Source: Theionarchaea archaeon (GTDB taxonomy: Archaea > Methanobacteriota_B > Thermococci > Methanofastidiosales > SZ-28-30). Taken from it: a stretch of DNA of 64,000 bases. The stretch spans positions 67,414 to 131,413 of the forward strand of contig JACVGT010000008.1 of the NCBI GenBank assembly GCA_018992685.1, given 5' to 3'. Positions 18,353-28,254 of the stretch are shown piece after piece. Under the pieces are notes generated by a model, which saw only the letters and a program-made list of their open reading frames with translations, was not told where the DNA came from and did no database searches. Each line of letters opens with the position of its first letter. Position 1 is the first letter of the stretch. A program made the position numbers and the translations under genes.

Positions 18353-19465
18353 CTACTGTTGGGGAACTTTCAGGAATTCCACTGCCAGAAACAGTCCTGC
18401 ACCCCCCAGGACTGTCAGAGCACCCACAGGATATATCATCCCTAAAGGAACGAACCCAAATGCGAAGGATCCCACTGTTATCCCCAGATCGAAGGAAGCA
18501 GTAAACCAGGCTAGACCGCGTGCCCTGGCTTCATCGTGAACTCTTTCCACCAGCAGTGCAGTCAGCGAGGGATAGACACTGCTGAACCCCACTCCATACA
18601 GGACCCCTGACACCACCAACATCCAGAGACTTCTGGACTCTGACAACAGACCCAACGCCACAGAAAGCACTATCATCCCTGGCAGGATGACCTTACGGTG
18701 GCCAACCCTGTCAGAAACTTTTCCCAGGGGCAGCCGTACTGCCACAGAGGCCAGAGCATATCCTGTATAGTAAAGGCCGAAATCTGGTATTTCTCCCGCA
18801 AAAAAGGGAAGAAATGCCACAATAGCTCCAAATGTAATGGTACACAGCATGATGGTCGCAGAAGGAAGATACGTACCTTCCAACGATCCACTCTGGACTT
18901 CTCTTGGGTGATCCAATGTCTCTTTCACAGTCAGGCACAGCCCAAAAGAAATCCCCGAAAGTCCAACAGTGAGAAGGAACATCTCACGAAAGGAGGAGTG
19001 ATCCAGAACCCACGTGCCTGCTGCCGGAGCTCCTGACAAAGCAATCATGGCTGCCATTCCAAAGGCTCCAAAAGCTTCTCCCCTGCGGCCTGTGGGGGAC
19101 ATGTCAGCTATCATGGCTATTGAAGCTGTTGTGAAGGCAGCAATTCCTGTACCGTGTAAGATTCTCACCAGAATCAACCCAGTCACACTTGACGCTGGTC
19201 CGTACAGGGCTGATGATAGCAGGAACAGGAAGGCACCCACCTGCAGCATGAGTTTTCTCCCTTTCCTGTCAGTAATTTTCCCAAAATAGGGACGAAACAG
19301 GACTGCAGACAGGGTGAGAATACCGATGATGATTCCTGCTTCTTTCTGGGTTCCTCCGATATGCTGCACATACAGGGGGAGCGTGGGAAGCAGCACGTAA
19401 AAACTCGAGAAACAGAGCGATATGGAGACTAACAGGGCCAGAAAGCTCCTGGTGTAGAGAGACAT
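18353..19465 (-). CDS. MFS transporter
   Basis: Motif A in both halves (GKITDRKGRK, GKVSDRVGHRK), about 12 TM. Confidence 0.88.
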   Translation of the reverse strand: MSLYTRSFLALLVSISLCFSSFYVLLPTLPLYVQHIGGTQKEAGIIIGILTLSAVLFRPYFGKITDRKGRKLMLQVGAFLFLLSSALYGPASSVTGLILVRILHGTGIAAFTTASIAMIADMSPTGRRGEAFGAFGMAAMIALSGAPAAGTWVLDHSSFREMFLLTVGLSGISFGLCLTVKETLDHPREVQSGSLEGTYLPSATIMLCTITFGAIVAFLPFFAGEIPDFGLYYTGYALASVAVRLPLGKVSDRVGHRKVILPGMIVLSVALGLLSESRSLWMLVVSGVLYGVGFSSVYPSLTALLVERVHDEARARGLAWFTASFDLGITVGSFAFGFVPLGMIYPVGALTVLGGAGLFLAVEFLKVPQQ

Positions 19466-19560
19466 TGCCTCTCCTTCGAAACGGGGTATTAAACTGTTTC
19501 GGTTGGAAATGACACCTATCTCAAGAGGACAAGACCTCCTCTCCACATCACACACGAGGG

Positions 19561-20568
19561 TCAGTATATCTGGGGCTCCTCTGAAGCAATGACAAACATG
19601 TTATCACCCTCTTCCAGGATATAATCATATCCAGGATTAACCCGTATGTCAATTGTCGAGTTCCCATCCCCATTCAGTGTTTTCCTTTCAACAGCTGTCA
19701 GGATGACGCCTTCTTCTTCTATGAGCCTCTTCAAGGCCTGTGGAAACGGTTCACCCACGAATCTCTTGGGTACTCGAATCTTGTAGAACTCATGTCCATA
19801 GTTATGCGTGACAAGCTCAGAAAACAGACGGGACAACCCATGTTTCAACGAAGAGTGTACCATCAGGTTCTGGCTGAGACGGCCCAGGCACACAATCTCA
19901 TCGACACCTGCATGCTTGAGGTGCTTCTCGTTTTCGGCGTTCTGGAGTTCCACGCAGGTATATACGTTCCGATTCAGTGATTCCACAGCCAGGGCAGTCA
20001 GAATCACCTTTGCATCTGGATCGTCCGATTTTTTGTCCAGAGAGATTATTGCTGTGTTGGCAGTCATGATGCCTGCTCTCTTGAGATCTGTATCTCGGGT
20101 GGGATCTCCTTTCACGAATTGAACATCTTCTCTTTCCAAAGGATTCTTGTCCAGGTTTGCCAGGACGACAATCTTACGTCTCGTTTTTATATCCTCACTG
20201 GTGAGCTCTTCCAAAACCTTGGGAGTGCCGGCCGTCCAGCCACATACAAGGATATGATCTTTGACCTTTACCTGTTTCATGATCTTACCTCCAGACATCC
20301 TTCTCTCCACCAGATGGGCAGCGAACCCAGCAAAAAAGAATCCCAGAAGTACAAAGCCTTCCACAACCAGCAATGTTCCAACGACCCGCCCCACAGCCGT
20401 CTCGGGAATGATTTCAAATCCGCTGGATAAGAAGATAATTATCCACCAGAAGGCTTCCGCCGGAGAATCGAGAACCTCATTGCTTCCTCTTTCAGAGAAA
20501 TACAGGACAATACTTTCCACTAGAAAAAGAAATACGAATCCAGCCGCATACTTGTACCGTTCCTTCAT
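19561..20568 (-). CDS. 2-TM ion channel with RCK/TrkA-N domain and non-canonical filter
   Basis: AFWW pore helix, P-x-T-x-x-GR, DHILVCGW, FVKGDPT, AGVDEIV. The filter region reads LSSGFE, not TVGYG. Confidence 0.8.
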   Translation of the reverse strand: MKERYKYAAGFVFLFLVESIVLYFSERGSNEVLDSPAEAFWWIIIFLSSGFEIIPETAVGRVVGTLLVVEGFVLLGFFFAGFAAHLVERRMSGGKIMKQVKVKDHILVCGWTAGTPKVLEELTSEDIKTRRKIVVLANLDKNPLEREDVQFVKGDPTRDTDLKRAGIMTANTAIISLDKKSDDPDAKVILTALAVESLNRNVYTCVELQNAENEKHLKHAGVDEIVCLGRLSQNLMVHSSLKHGLSRLFSELVTHNYGHEFYKIRVPKRFVGEPFPQALKRLIEEEGVILTAVERKTLNGDGNSTIDIRVNPGYDYILEEGDNMFVIASEEPQIY

Positions 20569-20697
20569 TTGCCCATCCTCCTTCTGTATCCTCGTCAATG
20601 TATGCGTCAGTCTTTATAAGACTTTCCATTTTACCAGGAGGGTGCCCTGAAAGAGAGCAGAAAGATAACCTTTTAAACCATTGTGGAAACCAGTACC

Positions 20698-20883
20698 ATG
20701 AGTGTTTCAGTGACCCCCGAACGCTGTTCTGGGTGTGGATTCTGCTCCATTGCGTGTCCTCAGGGAGTGTTTGAGATGAAAGAGGGAAGATCCCATGTCG
20801 TCCGTGAGGAAGAATGTCTGGAGTGCCACTTATGTGAAGTGAGCTGTGAGAATGAAGCAATCACGGTGAAGGATTCAGGGTGA
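20698..20883 (+). CDS. 2x[4Fe-4S] ferredoxin
   Basis: CSGCGFCSIACP and CLECHLCEVSC. Confidence 0.92.
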   Translation: MSVSVTPERCSGCGFCSIACPQGVFEMKEGRSHVVREEECLECHLCEVSCENEAITVKDSG

Positions 20884-20898
20884 GAGAGCCGGTGCAGG

Positions 20899-21591
20899 CT
20901 ACAGCGTGAGCTGCTCATTATCATGCGAGAAAATGTGGACACCTTCAATTTGTTTCAGCCGGTCCAGGGAATTGAGAGCGTCTACTGGATTGAACAGGAT
21001 GCCAACGATATTTCTCTTTTCCAGGTTTTCTCTGAGAGGTGCAGTATCTCCACAGTAAATATAGTCACATGCCCCGTGTACCACCACTGACTGATGTCCC
21101 GGGGTATGTCCGGGAGTCACGATAATGTCTACATCTTCTGAAAAAGTGTAATCCCCCTTGAGTGTGATGAAGTCCAGTCCCTCCAGGAACTCTTCGATGT
21201 AAGCTCCTCTTTGGAACCTGTGGGGGTTATGTGCATACTGCAATTCCTGTTCCTGGACATAGGTCTTTGCGTTTGAGAACAGTCGATTGTTCCCTGCATG
21301 ATCCATGTGCAAATGTGTGTTAATCACAGCGGTAACCTCTTCAGGAGCAATACCTCGTTGCGCCAGGCTGGACGTGAGCGTCTGTTCTCTTTCAATTGTG
21401 TAGAACTTCTGGTAGGATTCAGGGAGGTCTCCCATACCGCTGTCCACCAGGACAACCTCATCTTCCGTCTTGATCAGTAATGGCTTCAGTGCTGCCTTGT
21501 ACAGGTTCCCGTAGTATGACGCTTTCCCGTAAACGAGAAACCCCATATCCAGGAAAAAGAAGCCATCTGACAGCAGAGCGACTTCAACCAT
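20899..21591 (-). CDS. Metallo-beta-lactamase-fold hydrolase, AHL-lactonase-like family
   Basis: THLHMDHAG, TPGHTPGHQS, GD, C-terminal SHD. Confidence 0.82.
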   Translation of the reverse strand: MVEVALLSDGFFFLDMGFLVYGKASYYGNLYKAALKPLLIKTEDEVVLVDSGMGDLPESYQKFYTIEREQTLTSSLAQRGIAPEEVTAVINTHLHMDHAGNNRLFSNAKTYVQEQELQYAHNPHRFQRGAYIEEFLEGLDFITLKGDYTFSEDVDIIVTPGHTPGHQSVVVHGACDYIYCGDTAPLRENLEKRNIVGILFNPVDALNSLDRLKQIEGVHIFSHDNEQLTL

Positions 21592-21595
21592 GGAA

Positions 21596-22117
21596 TCACC
21601 ATTCAATGCCCTTCCGGGCTTTCAGACCTTTCATGTATGGGTGCTTGATATCAAGAACTTCAGTCACATAATCGGCAATCTTCACAATATCAGGGGGGCA
21701 ACTTCTTCCGGTGAGAACCAATTCCACAGGTTCAAGTTTCTCCTTAATCAACGTGATGACACGGTCACGAGAAACGAGCCTGAAATCCATGGCGACATTG
21801 ATTTCATCCAGGATAACCATGTCATACTGCCCCGCGGAGATGACGGCTTCAGCATGTTCAAGTCCTTCCTGTGCCAGTCTGATATCCTCGGGATCTGGGT
21901 TCTCCTTAGATACGAAATCTGGTCTCCCCACCTGCTTGATTTCGAAATTAGGTATCAATTTTGCTGTTTCGAGTTCCCCGTAGTTTATCCTGCCCTTCAT
22001 GAACTGGATCATATACACCTTCAATCCATGGCCTGCAGCCCTCATGGCCAGTCCCAGGGCTGCTGTGGTTTTTCCTTTCCCATTTCCAGTGTAGACATGG
22101 ACCAATCCCTTTTCCAT
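21596..22117 (-). CDS. cobO: Corrinoid adenosyltransferase (CobO/BtuR type)
   Basis: GLVHVYTGNGKGKTTAALG, QFMKG, ILDEI, ELVLTGR, KHPY...GIEW. Confidence 0.93.
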   Translation of the reverse strand: MEKGLVHVYTGNGKGKTTAALGLAMRAAGHGLKVYMIQFMKGRINYGELETAKLIPNFEIKQVGRPDFVSKENPDPEDIRLAQEGLEHAEAVISAGQYDMVILDEINVAMDFRLVSRDRVITLIKEKLEPVELVLTGRSCPPDIVKIADYVTEVLDIKHPYMKGLKARKGIEW

Positions 22118-22244
22118 GAGCTTCCTCTTCCATACTGAATAAAAGGTTTTCCGTGGTGACGAAGCAGGATCAGAGGAGACTCTCATCAACCATAGAAGTC
22201 CTCCCGAGGTGAACACTTATAAATTCCTGAGGAAAGACAGCATC

Positions 22245-22535
22245 ATGAGAAAACAAGTTGTATGGCTGGCAAACATTGACTCGTCCCGGAGCCGGTCAGA
22301 GGGGAGAAAAATCTCTACAGGACTGGCGGTGAAGGATCCGACCCTCTCTGAGATGCAGAAGGCAGCAGAACATCTCAATATGAAGCCCGACGTAGAGGAG
22401 ACCCAGTATCCCAAAGACCAGGGACAGGAGGCGCGAACCCCAGGAAGAATCCTCCTGGAAAAACAGCATGCAAAGCACAAGACCCTCAAATTACTCTGTG
22501 ATGAAATTCGTCGAATCCGCCAGGCCAAGGAGTAG
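22245..22535 (+). CDS. srp19: Signal recognition particle 19 kDa protein
   Basis: VVWLANIDSSRSRSEGRKI...AVKDPTLSEM...YP...GRI pattern. Confidence 0.88.
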   Translation: MRKQVVWLANIDSSRSRSEGRKISTGLAVKDPTLSEMQKAAEHLNMKPDVEETQYPKDQGQEARTPGRILLEKQHAKHKTLKLLCDEIRRIRQAKE

Positions 22536-22543
22536 TGGCACAA

Positions 22544-24031
22544 TCAGTGCGCGAGCCGAGATGGTGGTGGCTCTGGATATGGGGGCTGTGACCGTCTCCA
22601 CATGAACAACACGACGATAATGAAGGAAGTGGCTATGACGATGGCTGCCAGAATAGCACGATTTCTCTCCGACGACTTTCGTTCATCACTCTGTTCCTTT
22701 TGATATTCCTGGATACCTGCCAGAAGATCGTCGCATGCGTCTACTTTTTCAGGTATCTCAAGCGTTTCGAACAGTGATCGGGCCTCTCTCGTCTTCTCTA
22801 TGGCCTGCGCGAATTTTCTCTGGTCCACCAGGGTCTGTGCTTCCTCCAGGAGAAGGTTGGCCTGTCTCACCATGGCCAGGGTATCCCCACATTCGGCGAG
22901 CAGTCCCAGACATTCCTCAGTTTTCCCCGTGTTCTCAATGGCCTCGAAGACACTCACTGCTTCCTCAAGCAGCATTGCTGCTGTCTCGCAATCAGAAGAT
23001 TCGAGATAGATCTTTGCCTCCTGTAAGAGAAGATCTGCTTCCAGGCCCCGGTTTGCCTTGACGATGAGGACAGAAATCGCCCGTGCCTTGCCGTACTCCT
23101 CAACCAGCATGGCAATGTCACGGGTTCCTTCCAGAACCTGCAAAGCGTCCTGATAGCTCCCTTCCTGAATGAGGGCTTCTGCCTGGCTGATGCGCTCTGA
23201 TATCATGGTCTTCTTGGTTTTTTGAGACAGCCACCCCACTGCGTTGAGGGCCAGCCGCTTGTTGTCCAGGTAGTCAAGAGGATTCCTGGTCCAGGGGGCA
23301 CCCGCAGCAGATAACCCTCTAAATAAACTCGTATCTCCAATTGCCACTACTCTTCCCTCACCTGACTCACAGTACGCCAGGAGGACGAGATCTTTCCCTT
23401 TTTTTTCCAGACTAGGTTCATACGAGCCTCCCCCATACCCGTACAGTTCAGAAAGTCTATCTCCATAGGTCTGCTCTCCGCCCCATGCAAGAGGACGGGC
23501 TCTCCGAGACACCTCGAGAGAACACCCGGATACCAGAAAAATCCTCCTGACATTACTGGTCACAGGATGCGCAGCAAAATTCTGGATAATGGGGATTTCT
23601 GGATATGCTTTGTCAAGACTGAGGTTACTTTCCGGATCAATCACCACATCTCTCTGGAATTCTATTCCATACACGGAGGTGAGCGTATTGAGGTCTTCTA
23701 CATTCTCTGACGTCATGACTCCACTTTCTCCCATGACGAAAAGTCCCCCTCCATTCTCCACAAAGAGCCGGATAGCATTGAATTCTTCTTCTGTAAGAGA
23801 AACTGTCGGAACAGCTAATATCAAAATATCATATGGATCAAGATACAGAATACTCTGAGTAAATTCAACATCATAATAGTTAATTTCAAGTTCTCTGGCC
23901 AGCTCTCCGAGAATAAGACTGATATCCAGAGAACTGTGTCCGATATCAATGAGGATTTTTCCCTGGATTTCCTCTTGCTGGACCTGGGCTGCAAAGACAG
24001 CTAGAACAATAATAAAGATGTGCACCTTCAT
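22544..24031 (-). CDS. Membrane-anchored surface protein: GATase-like/DUF4350-like domain, TPR-like helices, C-terminal TM
   Basis: Signal peptide, ILIDIGH, FVENGGGLFVMGE, GRVVAIGD, helical repeats, C-terminal TM followed by basic residues. Confidence 0.72.
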   Translation of the reverse strand: MKVHIFIIVLAVFAAQVQQEEIQGKILIDIGHSSLDISLILGELARELEINYYDVEFTQSILYLDPYDILILAVPTVSLTEEEFNAIRLFVENGGGLFVMGESGVMTSENVEDLNTLTSVYGIEFQRDVVIDPESNLSLDKAYPEIPIIQNFAAHPVTSNVRRIFLVSGCSLEVSRRARPLAWGGEQTYGDRLSELYGYGGGSYEPSLEKKGKDLVLLAYCESGEGRVVAIGDTSLFRGLSAAGAPWTRNPLDYLDNKRLALNAVGWLSQKTKKTMISERISQAEALIQEGSYQDALQVLEGTRDIAMLVEEYGKARAISVLIVKANRGLEADLLLQEAKIYLESSDCETAAMLLEEAVSVFEAIENTGKTEECLGLLAECGDTLAMVRQANLLLEEAQTLVDQRKFAQAIEKTREARSLFETLEIPEKVDACDDLLAGIQEYQKEQSDERKSSERNRAILAAIVIATSFIIVVLFMWRRSQPPYPEPPPSRLAH

Positions 24032-24358
24032 GTTAACCCTCACGCCTGTAGGCACCTGAAATTATTTAAAGGTTTCCGTGAGGAAGAGAAGAACTTGGAA
24101 GATAATTCTTCTCAAAATCCCTTTCGATTCGAAGCCAGTATTCATGTTTTCCTGTAATGACATGGATTGACTGGCTCTTTTTCCAATTGGTCGAGCATCT
24201 TATTGAAGCTGGAGTATTTGTCCAGGGCGGGGTCGTCGACAGCAATCCAATATGAAAGAGCGTGGATGACTCAGGAGTTTGATATTCTTCCTGTCACATG
24301 GCACCAAAGCCGAGATTCAAAACGGTATATTTAAATAGATTCAATCAATCGAAAAACA

Positions 24359-26899
24359 ATGAGATCTGGTGGAGCGCAATGGATTCCTATGTGGGGTGAA
24401 CACAAATTCCTCCTGAAGAAATACACATTTCTGGGAATCGTTCCGACCTCACTGGGAATTTTCACCTATTGGAAATGCAGATATCTTTCTCCTTATCAGA
24501 CAGACATCTCTGCTTTCTTATCCCTTCTCTTACCCTTTTTTGTCATTTTCTTTTTCTCTTACGGTGTCAAAAGAAAACTTGGTTACTTAGATCATGACTA
24601 TCTATATCTCGTCAGCGCCGCACCGTTTTTGCTGGCCATCATTGATCTCCTATGGACAGGACAGCAGGGAGAGAGAAGCTCTGTTCTCTTGTATATTTTC
24701 TCCAGGTTTGCGCCTGCAATGCATGTTGAGAGTATCAGGTATCTTCTGAGCGCGATTTCTCAGAGCCTGGCCGCATTATTCGGAATTGTGTTTTCTCTGA
24801 CTTTTGTGTGTGCACAACTGTACATTCAGCTGTACGAACCCACCTACACTGGGCACATGTTCAGGAGGCCATCCACCATTTTGCTTGTAGCAGTTTATGT
24901 TTTTTTCATTCTGTACAATCTACTTCTCTTGAAGAAGATATCTACTGATACTGGATATAGCAATTTCCAATTGTATTCTCCTCAATTTGAGAGATATATT
25001 GTCATAAGCTTTTTCGGAACACTCTTATGCTCCACCTTGTTGATTCCCTACCTCATATCAATCAATGCAGAGTTGAATCCTAGAATCGTGACAAAAACTA
25101 TACTCAGCGAAGCAAAAGATGGGAGTGACAATGTCAAGAAGAAAGCAGTCGAAAGAATAACACTGAACATGAAATATTGGTATCTGAAGAGAAAAAATCT
25201 GTTTGCTTCTGCCAAAGTGAGTCTAGATTGCTTCTTAATTGACATAAGGGAAAAAGTAAGAAAGGAAACTCTTGAAGAGATAAAGACTAGGATAGAATCT
25301 TTTGACGACATAATAGATGAAGATCCCGAGCTTGTATCTTTGCTGGTAGAGGAGTATTCAGAATTCATAAGAGGATCAACAGAGAGAAATGACAAAGCTA
25401 AGATTCTGAGAGGCCTTGATTTCTGCAAATGTTATATGTTAAAACTCAGATCAGAGAAATTCACAAAACCCAGCATAAGCAACTGGAAACTCATTGCGGG
25501 CAGCCTCGATCAGCTTCTTCATATAGGATCTGCTGATCTTCCACCTGAGCAAGCAAGGGCTATGGGACCTTCAAATCCATTTACTGTAGAAGATGCCCAA
25601 CTAAAAACAGAAACGAGTAATGAGAATCTCTTTGATGTTTGCCTGGTTACAACTCTGGAAAGACTTGGAATCCTTTATTGGAAACTCAAGGAATTCGGAA
25701 ATGCAGAACAATGCTACTTGGAAGCTGTCCGTGTATACAGTAACTTGAGGAGAGGGAATCTTGGCATAGCGAGAATGTGGGGCCATCTTGGAAATCTCTA
25801 TAGCAGTCAGATTAATACCGATATTGCAGAAGAATCCTGTTCTAGGATTGAGAAATTCGAAGAATACTATCTTAAAGCTGAGGAGTATTATATCAGAGCC
25901 GAAAGAATCTGCAACAAATTCGTTAAATATAGTCCTGAAGTAAAACTACTTCTTGCGGGGATACGCTATGATCTGGGAAACCTGTACTGCAAATGGAAGA
26001 AGCTCAAGGAGGGAGAGAACTGCTTGGTAGGAGCCTTGGATATCTATAGATCAGTCGAAGAAGATCCTAGCATTAGATCTGACAAATTCATTACATTGTA
26101 TAAACTAGGAAACCTTTACTGGAACAACAAAGAGTATGAAAAAGCAGTAGAATGCCATAAAGAAGCTTTGGAAACCATCACGGCAGAGGGCGATTTGGAC
26201 ACAGAACTCGATCTATTCGAGATCCACAGTAATCTCGCACTTTATTACGAAGAGTCATCACATCATTCTGAAGCGATAGATCACTATGTCAAGGCTCTTG
26301 AAATCTCTAAGAGACTAGTCAAGAGAGATCGCAAGACTTATGAACCATATCTAGCCACAACACTCAATGACCTTGGAAAAGCATACCGTAGATCTGAGAA
26401 GTTCAAAGAGGCGAGAGAATGCTATGGAAGGGCTTTCGGAATTCGAAAGAAACTGGCCAAGAAGAGGCCTGAATTTGAATCAGATGCTGCCACAACACTT
26501 ATATCTCTGGGAGGTCTTCACAGCGACCTGAGAGAATACAGGAAAGCAGAGAAATGTTTCAAAGGAGCATTGAAGATCTACAAGAACCTACTCACTGAGG
26601 ACAGCAGGTTTAAAATAGATGTAGCCCTGGCATTCTACAATTTGGGTCTCGTCTACAGGGATGAAAGGAACAACATTGAAGCAGAAGAGTACTTTGTTCA
26701 CGCACTGAATGTGCTAGCAGAACTTGATCAAAAAGTTCATAGAATTAGCTCAATTACTACGAAAACACTTATTGAGCTTGGAAAACTCTCTCTATATTCT
26801 GGAAATCTAGAGAAAGCCAAAAAATATTCTGATAGAGCTTCGAAATCTTATCACACATCAGACAACGAAGTGAAGTCTCCTTCCGAAGACTGTTCTTGA
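24359..26899 (+). CDS. Membrane protein (DUF2254-like N-terminus) with C-terminal TPR array
   Basis: About 6 TM helices incl. LSAISQSLAALFGIVFSLT, then repeated A-x-TLNDLG/LGNLY...A...Y..AL TPR units. Confidence 0.8.
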   Translation: MRSGGAQWIPMWGEHKFLLKKYTFLGIVPTSLGIFTYWKCRYLSPYQTDISAFLSLLLPFFVIFFFSYGVKRKLGYLDHDYLYLVSAAPFLLAIIDLLWTGQQGERSSVLLYIFSRFAPAMHVESIRYLLSAISQSLAALFGIVFSLTFVCAQLYIQLYEPTYTGHMFRRPSTILLVAVYVFFILYNLLLLKKISTDTGYSNFQLYSPQFERYIVISFFGTLLCSTLLIPYLISINAELNPRIVTKTILSEAKDGSDNVKKKAVERITLNMKYWYLKRKNLFASAKVSLDCFLIDIREKVRKETLEEIKTRIESFDDIIDEDPELVSLLVEEYSEFIRGSTERNDKAKILRGLDFCKCYMLKLRSEKFTKPSISNWKLIAGSLDQLLHIGSADLPPEQARAMGPSNPFTVEDAQLKTETSNENLFDVCLVTTLERLGILYWKLKEFGNAEQCYLEAVRVYSNLRRGNLGIARMWGHLGNLYSSQINTDIAEESCSRIEKFEEYYLKAEEYYIRAERICNKFVKYSPEVKLLLAGIRYDLGNLYCKWKKLKEGENCLVGALDIYRSVEEDPSIRSDKFITLYKLGNLYWNNKEYEKAVECHKEALETITAEGDLDTELDLFEIHSNLALYYEESSHHSEAIDHYVKALEISKRLVKRDRKTYEPYLATTLNDLGKAYRRSEKFKEARECYGRAFGIRKKLAKKRPEFESDAATTLISLGGLHSDLREYRKAEKCFKGALKIYKNLLTEDSRFKIDVALAFYNLGLVYRDERNNIEAEEYFVHALNVLAELDQKVHRISSITTKTLIELGKLSLYSGNLEKAKKYSDRASKSYHTSDNEVKSPSEDCS

Positions 26900-27103
26900 T
26901 TCAAAGATGTTATTCTTCTTTTCATCCTTATATAACTTTCTCACTGTATTGATGACAATAGATTATTAAAAAGAGGGAAAGGTATAATTAAATTCCAAAA
27001 AAAAGATTCTAATAAAGAAAAAAGAAAAGAATAGAGAGATGCCATTTCTATCCCAAAATAGGTCAGCGCTCCACAGATCCGTCATCTCGAGAGAAAAAAC
27101 AGG

Positions 27104-27445
27104 TCATAGATAATGCCACTTGCGCCTCTTCTGCTGGGGGATAAAATACTCCAACTGACGCACTCTTCGAGAGTCACCTACATTGATGAGTCTTGAATTA
27201 CGCTCAACGAATCCATTCTCATACAAGTCCAACAAATAACCGCTAACCGTACTCTCAGCTCTGCCGATCCGTTCAGCGATCTCCCCAACAGAGTATGGTT
27301 CATTTTCCTCTTCTAGCATCTTGAGAATCTGTCTCCGAACTCCAGAGGGAGTACCTACGCCTGCCTTTTTCATCTCCTCAATACGCTGAGAGAGCTTTTC
27401 AATCGATTCCCTTAGCTCTCTAATCTGCTCCTCTACGCTCGTCAT
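27104..27445 (-). CDS. Winged-HTH (ArsR-like) regulator with N-terminal coiled coil
   Basis: RRQILKML...YSVGEIAERIGRAESTVSGYLLDLYENGFV. TATA TTATATAT at about 27512-27520. Confidence 0.82.
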   Translation of the reverse strand: MTSVEEQIRELRESIEKLSQRIEEMKKAGVGTPSGVRRQILKMLEEENEPYSVGEIAERIGRAESTVSGYLLDLYENGFVERNSRLINVGDSRRVRQLEYFIPQQKRRKWHYL

Positions 27446-27478
27446 AGACTCAACGCCTTTCAATTGTTTTCAATCTTC

Positions 27479-27492
27479 GAATACTAGTATTC
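27479..27492. promoter_or_regulatory. Palindromic operator GAATACTAGTATTC
   Basis: Perfect 14-bp palindrome between the TATA box and start of the wHTH gene. Confidence 0.65.
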
Positions 27493-28176
27493 TTAATAAT
27501 ATCACTCTAGGTTATATATAAGCTTTTCTATCCTAATAATCTTAGTATTATTAAGTGTGCATTCTTAAAGAGATCATGGGTAGTATAAAAGCTTTTCGGT
27601 CATACTGCTGCATTGTACACAAATCCTACAAATCCTTAATTTGAATCATACGAAGAATTTTGGCATTATGCTATAATTTCCACCATTTCAGAACACGGAT
27701 GGTGAATTCCCAACCTCATATTATTTAGTTCCTGCACCGCACGTACGGTCACATCTTGAAGAAGAAATCTGATTTTTGCTTCCTTAATAACGCATTACTT
27801 ATTATGGCTCTATATGCTCACAATTGTTATCTCGGTTAACATAAGAAATCTTCTTGAATGCTCAGCTTTTCCTGTGTTTGTACTTTGCTTTTCATTCTTC
27901 TGTATTCAGTCTACTCACTCACACACCATAATCTGTGAGACGTCTTCCGGTACGCATAGAGGCATCTTTCCTGTCTTCGGTATTAGTTCCGACACCTTTT
28001 TTTCTTCTTGTGCAGTTACATTCATTTCCTACATTATGTGCTGCGTTCACCAAAGCTCTCCTAATCTTTGTTCCATTCGGTTTTTGTCGTTATCTCAAAT
28101 ATAGGAATTCTATTCTATCTCACGCTGCTTCATTTTCCACGGGAATGAATCTCCTGTGTCGATGGTGCCATTCTTA

Positions 28177-28192
28177 AAAATACTAGTATTTT
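28177..28192. promoter_or_regulatory. Palindromic operator AAAATACTAGTATTTT
   Basis: Perfect 16-bp palindrome with the same 12-bp core, just upstream of the TTTATAA box of the 28255 operon. Confidence 0.65.
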
Positions 28193-28254
28193 GCCTAACA
28201 ATAGATTTATAAGGCAGTAAGAAGAAAAAAATGTTATAGGGAGGAGATGTCCTG

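Noticed and set aside
22118-22244. Cobalamin riboswitch upstream of cobO
   Set aside because: Short divergent promoter region with no B12-box consensus visible.
27600-28140. Short minus-strand ORFs in the island spacer (e.g. MNVTAQEEKK..., 36 aa)
   Set aside because: No convincing SD, promoter or motif; cannot be supported.
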